Origin: Actinomycetota bacterium
Lineage (GTDB): Bacteria; Actinomycetota; Actinomycetes; Actinomycetales; Microbacteriaceae
Assembly: GCA_041179005.1 (NCBI GenBank)
Contig: JBEGUG010000030.1
Coordinates: 1 to 57,170, forward strand
DNA: 57,170 nt
Direction of reading: 5' to 3'
This document shows, in pieces, positions 20,910 to 30,512 of this stretch (position 1 is the first letter of the stretch; every line of letters begins with the position of its first letter). The translations under genes were made by a program, and so were the position numbers. The notes under the pieces were generated by a model. The model saw nothing but the letters and a program-made list of their open reading frames with translations. It was not told the origin of the DNA and ran no database searches.

Positions 20910-23617
20910 GGGATTACTAGAACCTGACCAATTTTGATTGAGTTGGCATTTGTAACCTTGTTTGCGGTCATAAGCGCAGATGTGCTTATTCCAAATTTCG
21001 CTGCGATCTTGTTTAGGTAATCCCCCGCCACAACGGTGTAAGTCTTAGGTTTCACAGTCGGTGATGCGCTCGGCTTTGGTGAAGCCGTTGGCGTTGGTGA
21101 GGCAGACGGTTTTGGCGAGGCACTTGGCTTAGGCGAAACGCTTGGCTTTGGAGATGCGCTTGGTTTTGGTGAAGCCGTTGGTGTTGGGCTCGCGCTTGGC
21201 GTTGGTGCCGGTGAAACATTTGGCTCCGGCAAAACAATCGGCGGCTCAACGTTGAAGCGATCAACGGTCATGCTTGCGCCAGGAGCTTTTCCGGTAGGAA
21301 TACTCGACAAGAAGAACGGCCCAACCGCAACAGCCTTAGGCTCAGTGCCGCGCAACTTTTCATATGCTGCCGCGTTCTTGATCAGCTTTTTAGTTTGGCC
21401 CTCAATTAGGTAGTACTGCTTTGTCGTGCTGATTACAAATCTTCCAAGAGAAGCAGTCGATTTAGCCAGCGCAGCACAGGTGAGTTTGTCGAGTGTTATG
21501 CCTCGGCCAGGATAGTGACTCGCATCGATTTCGCTGATTGGATATAACTTTCCGGAGATCGAGATGAAGTATTGAGCATCACAGACAAATTTGATGCCGC
21601 TGATTTTGCTGGTCTTTGCATATCCCTTGAACTGTTTTTCTGGAATTGTTCTCAAGCTTTTCAAACCCAGCAGTGCCGCTTGGTCAGCGTTATTTACGAT
21701 CAGGGCGCGCTTTAGGCCATCAATCATGTAGGTCTTTGAAGAATCGCTTGATCGCACGTAGGCGCCCGGTGCAATTACCGGGTGACCACTAGGAATCTGT
21801 GCCACCGCAGAGTTTGAAATTGTCTCAACTTTGGTGGTCTTCACGACTGGCGCAAAACGGCTGGCGTCGGCAGCACTCAACATCAAACGCTTCTCCCCAT
21901 CGGCAACAAAGTAGACGCTACTTGCAGATGCTGCTTTTGCAATGATTGCCGGCTCCAGCTCAACTGGAGCGTCTGGAATAAAGCTCAAGAAGTCCATAGA
22001 AACAGTTGGTGCATTCTTGGCAATAATTTTTGCGTCAATAACCTTGCGCTTGCCATCTTTGGTGATCAGGTATTGCGTGCCCGCAGGATCGTTCACGATA
22101 CTCTTGATTTTCACAGTTGCAGCAGCGCTTGCGATTGCCTCACCCAGCATTGAGCCAGTGGACTTAATGAACCACTTGGTGAAATCTATGTCAGCAGCCG
22201 TGGCGTCATCGATGTCGTAGTAAACGGTGCCATCAAAGATAGAGAGTTTGTTGGTGGCAAGGTTGGTAAACGATGCGCCCTTTCGAATAATCGGCTTGCC
22301 CCACGGAAGCTTTTTGAACGCGGAAATCTTCACACCAGAAAGAGCAGGAACACCGATGCGTGACTCTGCCAAAGATTCGGCATCAAGGATCTGTCGCTTG
22401 GTGCCATCCTGGATAAAGAATGTCTGCCCATTTTCGCCAGAGACATACTCGGTCATAACTCCACCGGAAGGAAGTGCAGAAATTTGCGATGAGGTCACAA
22501 CCGGCGCGGTTTCACAGTTGACACCAAATTGGGTTGCTTGAGCGCAGTTAGTGAACTGGAAACGCTGCCCACCATCAATGAAGAAGAAGTTTCCGGCCGG
22601 AGACTTAACCACACGGCTCATTGGTCCAGCATCGGTGAAGCTGTCTAGGTAATCCTGAGATACGGTTCCCAACGGACCAAGTGGCTTGAATGCAACAACA
22701 GTTTCGACATCATCAATCAGGTACTTCTTGTCTTCGATGATGAAGTAGTTGCCTGAGGTTGCGCTCTTGAGCATGAAGCCACCGCCAAGGGTGCTGCCGA
22801 ACCAGTCAGTGTAGAAGCGCCAGAAGTTTCTGTTTCCATAGGCACTGCACCGGTCGCCGCTGCCGTAAAGATTTTTCATGGCAGCTTCATTTGGGGTGTA
22901 AGGCGTGTAGTAGTAAAGCGCTGCGGTTGCGTTGCTCTTAAGTTCAAAAGTTTTTGAACCGCATGAAATTCCTTGACTGTACTCAACGTTTGCTGCCTGG
23001 TATTTACGACTGATCATTGTGCCCACTCGCAAGTAGGTGAATGAGCCGCGGGGGTCGCCGTACCACTGCAACTGGCCAGCGCCCTTGTAAAGCTGGTAGA
23101 AGAAACCGGCAGCTGACTTGCTGCAACCGGCAGCCGTATCAGGGCAACTCATTCCCAAGGCAAAGTCATACATGCGCTGGGTTGGGTTACCCGCCTGGAT
23201 TAGCCCCTGCTCTTTTTGCAAAGTCACAATCAGAACGCGCGGATTAATCTTGCACGCTCTAGAAACGGTGTAAATAATTTGCGCCGCTGTTTGGTTCTGT
23301 GCCGCCGGTAAAGATTCGCAGCGCCCATCTTCCCCCTCAATGGCCGGGGTATCCATGACAAAGTCCTTAATGCACTTTGGGCCACCATCGGCGTCATTAC
23401 ATGCCGGAACCTTGCTATTTAGAAATCTTTGAATTTCAGCAACGGTCATTGTGCCAAAGTCATAAAAAACACTGTCGCTAATTATGTTGCCCGGATCAAA
23501 CTGAGCGGCGTTAGCAGCTTCTGCTTTTGGCTGCGCAGACAGGGCAATAAACCCGGTTGCGACTAGAAGTGCTGAGGAAATAATCGCAACCAGTTTTGTC
23601 AACCGGTTAAGGATCAT
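20906..23617 (-). CDS. Large secreted LysM-domain surface protein
   Basis: Signal peptide; N-terminal 'GNIISD...INPRVLIVTLQKEQGL...LYYYTP' domain; internal beta-rich repeats; Pro/Ser linker; C-terminal LysM (YTVVAGDYLNKIAAKFGIS...IKIGQVLVIP). Confidence 0.9.
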   Translation of the reverse strand: MILNRLTKLVAIISSALLVATGFIALSAQPKAEAANAAQFDPGNIISDSVFYDFGTMTVAEIQRFLNSKVPACNDADGGPKCIKDFVMDTPAIEGEDGRCESLPAAQNQTAAQIIYTVSRACKINPRVLIVTLQKEQGLIQAGNPTQRMYDFALGMSCPDTAAGCSKSAAGFFYQLYKGAGQLQWYGDPRGSFTYLRVGTMISRKYQAANVEYSQGISCGSKTFELKSNATAALYYYTPYTPNEAAMKNLYGSGDRCSAYGNRNFWRFYTDWFGSTLGGGFMLKSATSGNYFIIEDKKYLIDDVETVVAFKPLGPLGTVSQDYLDSFTDAGPMSRVVKSPAGNFFFIDGGQRFQFTNCAQATQFGVNCETAPVVTSSQISALPSGGVMTEYVSGENGQTFFIQDGTKRQILDAESLAESRIGVPALSGVKISAFKKLPWGKPIIRKGASFTNLATNKLSIFDGTVYYDIDDATAADIDFTKWFIKSTGSMLGEAIASAAATVKIKSIVNDPAGTQYLITKDGKRKVIDAKIIAKNAPTVSMDFLSFIPDAPVELEPAIIAKAASASSVYFVADGEKRLMLSAADASRFAPVVKTTKVETISNSAVAQIPSGHPVIAPGAYVRSSDSSKTYMIDGLKRALIVNNADQAALLGLKSLRTIPEKQFKGYAKTSKISGIKFVCDAQYFISISGKLYPISEIDASHYPGRGITLDKLTCAALAKSTASLGRFVISTTKQYYLIEGQTKKLIKNAAAYEKLRGTEPKAVAVGPFFLSSIPTGKAPGASMTVDRFNVEPPIVLPEPNVSPAPTPSASPTPTASPKPSASPKPSVSPKPSASPKPSASPTPTASPKPSASPTVKPKTYTVVAGDYLNKIAAKFGISTSALMTANKVTNANSIKIGQVLVIP
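21058..21214 (-). repeat. Degenerate 18-bp coding repeat, (S-P-[KT]-P-[ST]-[AV])n linker
   Basis: Protein SPAPTPSASPTPTASPKPSASPKPSVSPKPSASPKPSASPTPTASPKPSASPT; codons differ synonymously between units. Confidence 0.85.
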
Positions 23618-24093
23618 GGAATTACTACTCCAAACGCCTGGCTAGTACCCGCGTAAGTTGGTGACTCATAAGTGATGGTCACTGTGCCTTTGCCCTTTGG
23701 TAGTCCAGTGGCTGGAATGTAGGCCGGGAAACACTGCGTTGTGGTTGCGTTCGCTTCAGCTTTCACTGAAACAGATTTTGTGGTTGAGCCGCTGGTGAAT
23801 TTTACTGTGCACTTGCCACCGTTTTCAGCTGCGCTCAACATCTCGGCAACAACAAAAACTGCGTTCGCCGATGGGTCAAAATCCAACTCGATGACATTAA
23901 ATTTGGCGACACCAATGGTTGGTGTTGCAGATGCAGAATCAGAAGGAGTTGGAGTTGGTGATGATTCTGTAGCAGAAGGAGACTGTGAGGTTGACGGGTT
24001 CTGATCGGTGCCCCAGTTTGGGTAAATCAGCGCGCAACCACTTAGAAACAACAGGCCAATGGCCGCAGCAGCAGTTAGCAGAGTCTTTTTCAT
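23614..24093 (-). CDS. Hypothetical lipoprotein with Ser/Thr/Pro linker
   Basis: Lipobox LSGC, S/T/P-rich stretch, then a beta-rich domain with two Cys. Confidence 0.8.
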   Translation of the reverse strand: MKKTLLTAAAAIGLLFLSGCALIYPNWGTDQNPSTSQSPSATESSPTPTPSDSASATPTIGVAKFNVIELDFDPSANAVFVVAEMLSAAENGGKCTVKFTSGSTTKSVSVKAEANATTTQCFPAYIPATGLPKGKGTVTITYESPTYAGTSQAFGVVIP

Positions 24094-24096
24094 CAG

Positions 24097-25383
24097 TTAC
24101 TCCTTTACTTCATCAGCCACGAATGACTTTTTTACCATCTCATGAATTGCTGAGAAATTAGGGTGAATTACATCAACGGTAGGTGGCACCAAACTTAACT
24201 CCTTGATGCCGAGGCTTCTAGCCTTAGTTGCCAAATCAACGTATTGCGAAAGCATCGCGCTTGGAATATCGGTGCGCACCAGCTTCTGACCCGCAGATGC
24301 AATTTGTTGGAAACGAGTAAGCACGGTACCCGGTTCAATTTGATTCAGCACTGCCTGCTCAACTTCGTGCTGGCGACGCATGCGGTCGTAGTCGCTGGTG
24401 CTGTGACGGCTTCTGGCGTACCAAAGCGCGGTGTAGCCATCCATGTGTTGCTGGCCAGCCTCAATCCAGCCCTTCACGTCTGACATGTCATCGCGCTGAC
24501 CACCGATAGGCAGACGCTCCTTTACGTTGATGTCAATCCCGCCGAGGGCATCAACCAATTGGGTGAACGAAGCCATGTCAACCAAAACGTAGGACTGGAT
24601 TTCCAAGCCGGTGACATATTCCACTGCATCTCGAGTTGCCTCGGTGCCAGGAGTTGAGCCGCGCTTCTCGGCATCTGGGTAGGCATCGGCGTGATTGTCT
24701 TCAACGTCTTTGTAAATTGCATTGATCAGACAGTCAATGCCACAGTTCCAGCCGTTTGGATAAATGTCATTCATTGGCGAACCAGCGGAGAAACCCACGT
24801 GCTGCATGTTTCGAGGAATTCCAATGTTCACTGCCTGCCCAGTTGCGGCATCGATGCTGATAACCGAGATGCTGTCCGGTCTAATTCCAAATCTGTCGGC
24901 ACCCGCATCGGCACCAAGCAGCATGATGTTGTAACGGCCTTCAACCGGTGAGGTGAATCCGCCCTGATTGAAAATGCTGCCGATGAAATTTGCCTGGACG
25001 CCAGCTAGATTCCCAGCATAAGAAATCGCCGAGGTACCTAGTACACCGGCCAAAACTACTGCGCCGAATGTGATCCAGCGTTCACGGTTATAAAGTCTGC
25101 CGAGTCTCATCAGGCGCAGGGTGTCAATCGTAAGTAGTGCAAAAAGAATTGAGTAAAGAATCAGCGCTGCCGATAAAACCCAAATCAGAATTGGCAAAGT
25201 CACTAGCCAGATTGCCCAACCTTTGTTAATGAGTCCAAGAATTAGCAGCGAGCCAAAAAATATCCAGAAGCTTAGAGTTGCAGTGATGCCGATGCGTGCA
25301 AGTCTCTTGCTTCCGGCAACAAGTTGTGCTGATCCTGGCACAACAAGCGTTAGAAGTAACAACCACCATGCGCGACGGTGCAT
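24097..25383 (-). CDS. LCP (LytR-CpsA-Psr) family glycopolymer transferase
   Basis: NIMLLGAD, RPDSI, IPRN and ALWYARSR...DYDRMRRQ motifs. The true start may lie up to 29 codons upstream. Confidence 0.93.
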   Translation of the reverse strand: MHRRAWWLLLLTLVVPGSAQLVAGSKRLARIGITATLSFWIFFGSLLILGLINKGWAIWLVTLPILIWVLSAALILYSILFALLTIDTLRLMRLGRLYNRERWITFGAVVLAGVLGTSAISYAGNLAGVQANFIGSIFNQGGFTSPVEGRYNIMLLGADAGADRFGIRPDSISVISIDAATGQAVNIGIPRNMQHVGFSAGSPMNDIYPNGWNCGIDCLINAIYKDVEDNHADAYPDAEKRGSTPGTEATRDAVEYVTGLEIQSYVLVDMASFTQLVDALGGIDINVKERLPIGGQRDDMSDVKGWIEAGQQHMDGYTALWYARSRHSTSDYDRMRRQHEVEQAVLNQIEPGTVLTRFQQIASAGQKLVRTDIPSAMLSQYVDLATKARSLGIKELSLVPPTVDVIHPNFSAIHEMVKKSFVADEVKE

Positions 25384-25478
25384 CTGCTCCGGAGTTGAGC
25401 GCTCAAAATTTCTGAAAGGGCCAGTAGCACGAACACGAGGTGAAGTTCTCTGCGGTGTTCGCTGACTTAACCTTGGGT

Positions 25479-25985
25479 TTAGATTTGTGATTTCAGTTTC
25501 GCATTCTTCTCAGCGACCTGAACTTTAAGGTCTTCGCTAAATGCGGCCACTGCCTTGGATAGCCTTTCGTCAAAGGCTGCCAAAATTCTGATTGCCAAAA
25601 GTCCCGCGTTTTTAGCACCGCCAATTGAAACCGTTGCAACCGGCACTCCCGCTGGCATTTGCACGATTGAAAGCAATGAGTCCATGCCGTCAAGTTTTGA
25701 AAGTGAAACCGGAACACCGATAACCGGCAAAGTCGTAACGGAAGCCAGCATGCCCGGCAAGTGTGCTGCGCCACCGGCACCGGCAATAATCACCTTGATA
25801 CCTCGACCGGCGGCAGCCTTGCCCCACTCGATCATCTTTTCTGGAGTGCGGTGGGCCGATAGGACCTCAACCTCGTAGTCCACACCAAAATCCTTGAGAG
25901 CCTGGGCTGCATCTGACATTACGGTCCAGTCAGAGTCAGAGCCCATGACAACGCCAACTAGTGGTGTACCCGATTGGCTGGTCAT
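25479..25985 (-). CDS. purE: N5-CAIR mutase
   Basis: [23 protein letters not shown] and [14 protein letters not shown] motifs. Confidence 0.99.
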   Translation of the reverse strand: MTSQSGTPLVGVVMGSDSDWTVMSDAAQALKDFGVDYEVEVLSAHRTPEKMIEWGKAAAGRGIKVIIAGAGGAAHLPGMLASVTTLPVIGVPVSLSKLDGMDSLLSIVQMPAGVPVATVSIGGAKNAGLLAIRILAAFDERLSKAVAAFSEDLKVQVAEKNAKLKSQI

Positions 25986-26039
25986 TTGGGGCTCCTATTT
26001 ATTGGTGGCGACCCTCAAATTTTACCCAAGGGGCTTTAG

Positions 26040-27182
26040 TTATCCCCGTAGCAAAACGGCTGCAGCGCCCCTGGCTTCGGCCAATGCGTGCTCTGCGGAA
26101 TCTGAAACAACGGTTACATGCCCCATTTTTCTTCCAGCGCGGGCAGTTTTTCCGTAGGTGTGAATTTTTGCATCGGGGTGCGACTCAAGAGCGCGATCCA
26201 AAACATGAACGAAATCATTTTTGTCATCAACGCCAAGCAAATTAACCATCACCGCATGTTCTGCCCTAGCAGCGGTTGAACCTAGCGGCATATCCAGCAC
26301 AGCCCTGATGTGTTGTTCAAACTGTGAGGTCACTGACCCCTCGATGCTGAAGTGTCCGGAATTGTGCGGACGCATCGCAAGTTCGTTGATCAGAATTCGT
26401 CCGTCGCGCGCTTCAAACATTTCTACAGCAAGCACTCCGGTAACACCCAGCGAGCTAGCAATAGTCTTTGCGATTTCTGCAGTCTGTTGAAGAGTCGCGC
26501 TGCTTACCGATGGCGCCGGAGCCATAACAACTGAGCAGACGCCATTTTCTTGAATAGTTTCCACAAGTGGCCAGGCCTGAAACTCGCCGCTTGGCCGACG
26601 GGCACTGAGTTGTGCTAGCTCGCGAACGAAATCAACTTTTTCTTCGGCCAGTAGTGAACCGCCATACTGAGCTAGATTCTGCAACCAATCCGCTGCATCA
26701 GCCGCCGAGCGCACAACACGAACGCCCTTGCCGTCATAACCGCCGATCGGAGTTTTAAGAATTGCAACTCCGCCGTTTTGTGTGATGAAGTCTTCGAGCG
26801 CTTCAGCAGTTTGAATTTCTGCCCAAGCTGGCATCGGCAAATTTAGTTCGCCGAGTTTTTTACGCATTTGCAATTTATTTTGCGCAAATGCCAAAGCCTT
26901 GCTAGGTGGCTGCACATTCACACCCGCTGATTCAAGAGCTTCAAGCACAGCCAGCGGCACATGCTCGTGATCAAAAGTTATTACGTCAACGGTTTTTGCA
27001 AAATCGCGAACCACCTCTAGTTGGGTGTAGTCGCCGACCATGGTGCTTGCAAGCTGAGCAGACGAACCATCAGCCTCGGCCAAAACCTTTATTTCAAGTC
27101 CTAGGTTTATGGCCGGCGGCGTCATCATGCGAGCTAACTGCCCGCCACCGATAACTCCCACGCGTGGGGTCTGCTTGGCCAT
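26040..27182 (-). CDS. purK: N5-CAIR synthase
   Basis: GGGQLARM, GYDGKG, NELAMRPHNSGH and RKMGHVT motifs. Confidence 0.98.
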   Translation of the reverse strand: MAKQTPRVGVIGGGQLARMMTPPAINLGLEIKVLAEADGSSAQLASTMVGDYTQLEVVRDFAKTVDVITFDHEHVPLAVLEALESAGVNVQPPSKALAFAQNKLQMRKKLGELNLPMPAWAEIQTAEALEDFITQNGGVAILKTPIGGYDGKGVRVVRSAADAADWLQNLAQYGGSLLAEEKVDFVRELAQLSARRPSGEFQAWPLVETIQENGVCSVVMAPAPSVSSATLQQTAEIAKTIASSLGVTGVLAVEMFEARDGRILINELAMRPHNSGHFSIEGSVTSQFEQHIRAVLDMPLGSTAARAEHAVMVNLLGVDDKNDFVHVLDRALESHPDAKIHTYGKTARAGRKMGHVTVVSDSAEHALAEARGAAAVLLRG

Positions 27183-27219
27183 TCAATCCCTAACTTATTT
27201 ACTACTTCTATATTGGCGG

Positions 27220-27639
27220 CTAAATCGCTGCAGCCAAGCGGTCAATTTCAACCGCAACCATCTTGTGCTTAGGAATACCAGTGATTACAAGGGGTTCCTG
27301 GCCATCAATAACAATGCTGATGCTGCGGCTCTTGGTTAGCTGAACATCTTTGATCTTGGTCAGGCTTACCTCTTGGCGCTTTTGACCAAGCAAGCCTGAT
27401 CGGTAAAGAACTCTGGTGGTGGTGACTTCTAAGAAAGTACTGGCGTATCTGAGGATCGGCAAAAACCAAAATAGAAAAACAACCAGACCGCAAGCAGTCC
27501 AAAGCAAAATGTTTTGCCACTGCTCGGTTAGGCGGCCGCTAAAAAATGCGGCCACAAAGCAAACAACAAAAAGCACGAGGTTAGGAAAAAATAATTTTGA
27601 TCCGCGTGGGCGGATGCGCGCAATGCGCTGCTCTGCTAA
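27220..27639 (-). CDS. Bacterial PH-domain (bPH_2) membrane protein; start uncertain
   Basis: Two TMs then 'EVTTTRVLYRSGLL..KRQEVSLTKIKDV'. First canonical start is GTG 27576, but the frame is open to 27648 and encodes LAEQRIARIRPRGSKLFFPNL. Confidence 0.75.
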   Translation of the reverse strand, partial: LAEQRIARIRPRGSKLFFPNLVLFVVCFVAAFFSGRLTEQWQNILLWTACGLVVFLFWFLPILRYASTFLEVTTTRVLYRSGLLGQKRQEVSLTKIKDVQLTKSRSISIVIDGQEPLVITGIPKHKMVAVEIDRLAAAI

Positions 27640-27652
27640 AAAACTAATCTAA

Positions 27653-28450
27653 CTAATTGTGTCGCAGGTGAACAATATCTCCGGCAGCCACAGCGAGTGC
27701 CTCTGATTGACCATCGGGCTGCACAATCAATCTGCCGGTGTCGTCTATACCCACAGCAGCCCCGACTATTTCCGATTCTGCAGAGGCGCTAGCTGGCAAG
27801 ATTACCCGCACGCGGTTATTTCCAGATCTATCCAGTGTTGAACAAGCCTGAATAACTTGATTGCGCAACCCTGAGGCCACCGCGTTGCCACTGGCTTGAA
27901 CCCACTCCAGATAAAGTTCACGAAGATTGGCTAGATAACCCGACAGGACTTCATCGAGGTTAATTGAAGTAGCGCCCTCAATGGCCAGTGAGGTTGCGTT
28001 GTCGATTGGTAAATCTGTTTGCTGCTGCAGCAGGTTCAAACCCGCACCTATTACTACTCCGCTTTGGTCGCCGATTAATTCGCTCAGCACTCCAGAAATT
28101 TTCTTTTCACCGACCAGCACATCGTTAGGCCACTTGAGCCCCACTTCTCGCTCTGGCAAGAACTTGGCCACGGTTTTGGTCATGGCCAAACCAGCCAACA
28201 AAGGCAACCATGAGAAATTGGTGGCCGCTACGCCTGCGGGTTTTAGCAACACCGATACAAAGAGCGAGCTACCCGACGGCGCTACCCAGTCTCGCCCGGC
28301 ACGGCCACGACCTGCGGTTTGGAAGCCAGCCACCAGCACCGAGAAATCATCGGTGTTGGCTGAATTTTGAATCAAATCCGCATTGGTTGATCCGGTTTCG
28401 GCCACAAAGGTCAAATTTGGGGCTATCTGGCGACTTAGCGGGAAATCCAT
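27653..28450 (-). CDS. birA: Biotin-protein ligase (no HTH)
   Basis: [27 protein letters not shown] and KKISGVL motifs. Confidence 0.97.
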   Translation of the reverse strand: MDFPLSRQIAPNLTFVAETGSTNADLIQNSANTDDFSVLVAGFQTAGRGRAGRDWVAPSGSSLFVSVLLKPAGVAATNFSWLPLLAGLAMTKTVAKFLPEREVGLKWPNDVLVGEKKISGVLSELIGDQSGVVIGAGLNLLQQQTDLPIDNATSLAIEGATSINLDEVLSGYLANLRELYLEWVQASGNAVASGLRNQVIQACSTLDRSGNNRVRVILPASASAESEIVGAAVGIDDTGRLIVQPDGQSEALAVAAGDIVHLRHN

Positions 28451-28551
28451 GCTCTAAGGCTAGTCTCTGTAGGTTTTTAACAGCGGTTTTAGGGATTCGC
28501 AGTAGCAACCTTCCAAAGGAATGGGACCTACCACTGGGTAAAGTGAAGTCC

Positions 28552-30171
28552 ATGAGCTTTGAAGACACTTTCACCCAGGCAATCCGATTGAACCCAGACA
28601 TTGCCACAACCAAGGGCAAAATTGAGGACCTGCGTCAGCGCTATCACGAAGCAGTGACCGCAGCTGGCGAGACCGCAATCGCCAAGCAGCACGCCAAGGG
28701 CAAGAACACCGCTCGTGAGCGCATCGAAATGTTGCTTGACCCGGGCTCATTCGTAGAAATCGATGAATTTGTTCGTCACCGCTCTACCGCTTTTGGCATG
28801 GATAAGAACCGTCCGTACGGTGACGCCGTAGTCACCGGTGTTGGCACAATTCACGGCCGACAAGTCGCACTCTTTTCTCAGGACTTCACAATTTTTGGGG
28901 GCTCACTTGGTGAGTCAGCCGGAAACAAAATCATCAAGGTGATGGATCTTGCAATTGCTACCGGTGTGCCAATCATCGGAATCCTTGACTCGGGTGGTGC
29001 TCGTATTCAAGAGGGTGTAATTGCTCTTGGTAAGTATGGTGAAATTTTTAAGCGCAACACCATGGCTTCCGGTGTGATTCCACAAATCTCATTGATCATG
29101 GGTCCTGCTGCCGGTGGTGCGGTTTACTCACCTGCTTTAACTGACTTTGTAATCATGGTTGATAAAACTTCAAACATGTTTGTGACTGGCCCAGACGTAA
29201 TCAAGACCGTAACCGGCGAAGACGTTGGCATGGAAGAACTCGGCGGTGCTCGCGCGCACAACGAACGCTCAGGTGTTGCCCACTACCTGGCCGATGACGA
29301 AGCTGACGCAATTGACTACGCTCGTTCACTACTCAGCTACCTGCCAGAAAATAATCTTTCGGAAACCGTGCAGTACGCCCCGGAGGGTGAACTGGAAATC
29401 ACAGCAGCCGATGAAAAACTAAACACCATCATTCCTGATTCACCGAACCAGCCATACGACATGAAAACCGTGATCGAGGGAATTGTTGATGGTGGAGAGT
29501 TCCTTGAAGTTCAGCCGCTGTTTGCGCCAAACATTTTGATTGGCTTTGCACGCGTTGACGGTAGAAGCGTTGGTATCGTTGCCAACCAGCCACAGCAGAT
29601 GGCCGGCACGCTAAACATTGAAGCGGGTGAAAAAGCTGCTCGCTTTGTTCGCTTCTGTGACGCTTTTTCAATTCCAATTCTTACTTTGGTTGACGTACCG
29701 GGATACCTACCTGGCACCGATCAAGAATGGGCCGGTGTCATTCGCCGCGGAGCAAAATTGCTCTACGCATACGCGGAGGCAACTGTGCCACTGGTTACCG
29801 TGATTACTCGCAAGGCTTACGGCGGCGCGTACATCGTGATGGGTTCAAAGCAACTTGGCGCAGACATAAACCTTGCTTGGCCAACTGCCGAGATTGCGGT
29901 CATGGGTGGTCAGGGAGCGGTCAATATTTTGTTCCGCGATCAAATCAAAAAGGCCGAAGAGGCTGGAATGGATGTAGCCGCTGTTCGTACAAAGCTAGCT
30001 GCCGAGTACACCTATAACGTTGCATCTCCATTCTTGGCGGCCGAGCGCGGTGAGCTTGATGGAATTATTGAGCCAAGCGCAACTCGTATCTCAGTGATCA
30101 AGGCAATGCGTGCACTTAGAACCAAGCGCTCAAACTTGCCGCCAAAGAAGCACGGAAACATTCCGCTTTAG
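28552..30171 (+). CDS. accD: Acyl-CoA carboxylase beta subunit (PccB/AccD5-like)
   Basis: [28 protein letters not shown] and KKHGNIPL. The ORF-track 5' extension overlaps birA; real start is ATG 28552. Confidence 0.96.
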   Translation: MSFEDTFTQAIRLNPDIATTKGKIEDLRQRYHEAVTAAGETAIAKQHAKGKNTARERIEMLLDPGSFVEIDEFVRHRSTAFGMDKNRPYGDAVVTGVGTIHGRQVALFSQDFTIFGGSLGESAGNKIIKVMDLAIATGVPIIGILDSGGARIQEGVIALGKYGEIFKRNTMASGVIPQISLIMGPAAGGAVYSPALTDFVIMVDKTSNMFVTGPDVIKTVTGEDVGMEELGGARAHNERSGVAHYLADDEADAIDYARSLLSYLPENNLSETVQYAPEGELEITAADEKLNTIIPDSPNQPYDMKTVIEGIVDGGEFLEVQPLFAPNILIGFARVDGRSVGIVANQPQQMAGTLNIEAGEKAARFVRFCDAFSIPILTLVDVPGYLPGTDQEWAGVIRRGAKLLYAYAEATVPLVTVITRKAYGGAYIVMGSKQLGADINLAWPTAEIAVMGGQGAVNILFRDQIKKAEEAGMDVAAVRTKLAAEYTYNVASPFLAAERGELDGIIEPSATRISVIKAMRALRTKRSNLPPKKHGNIPL

Positions 30172-30180
30172 GAAACCACC

Positions 30181-30411
30181 ATGAGTGAATTCAGCGAAGA
30201 ACTTCGAGTGGTTTCCGGATCTCCAACTCCGGAGGAATTGGCAACGGTGATTGCGATGCTCGAGGCTGCTCACGCTGAAGAGGAAGCGTCTGCCACCGGC
30301 TACGAGCGACCGCTCAAGTCTTCTTGGTCTCGAAATGTTGCCCAGTTGCGCCATCCAATAACTCCCGGTCCAGGCCAGTGGCGCGGTGCCTACCGCCAAG
30401 GTTTGAACTAA
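30181..30411 (+). CDS. accE: Acyl-CoA carboxylase epsilon subunit
   Basis: LRVVSGSPTPEELATVIA motif with conserved Trp residues, directly after the beta subunit. Confidence 0.9.
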   Translation: MSEFSEELRVVSGSPTPEELATVIAMLEAAHAEEEASATGYERPLKSSWSRNVAQLRHPITPGPGQWRGAYRQGLN

Positions 30412-30432
30412 ACAACCAGTAGCTCGCACAAG

Positions 30433-30462
30433 CGTGAAGGCTTGGTCGCCTTCACGGGTTTG
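30433..30462 (+). terminator. Hairpin, probable terminator after accDE
   Basis: CGTGAAGGC-ttggtc-GCCTTCACG perfect 9-bp stem followed by GGTTT. Confidence 0.55.
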
Positions 30463-30494
30463 AACTAAGTAATTAATTAAAAACGTTATCTAAT

Positions 30495-30512
30495 GTCCCC
30501 CTAAGAGGGGAC
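30495..30512. promoter_or_regulatory. Palindromic candidate regulator site GTCCCC-N6-GGGGAC
   Basis: Perfect 6-bp inverted repeat in otherwise AT-rich intergenic DNA, 33 bp upstream of a CATACT -10-like box. Confidence 0.55.

Noticed and set aside
21058-21214. CRISPR-like or VNTR array
   Set aside because: Degenerate in-frame coding repeat with no spacers and no cas genes.
28210-28551. 114-aa N-terminal extension of accD in the ORF track
   Set aside because: Overlaps birA antisense, has no carboxylase character, and a -10 box sits 7 nt before ATG 28552.
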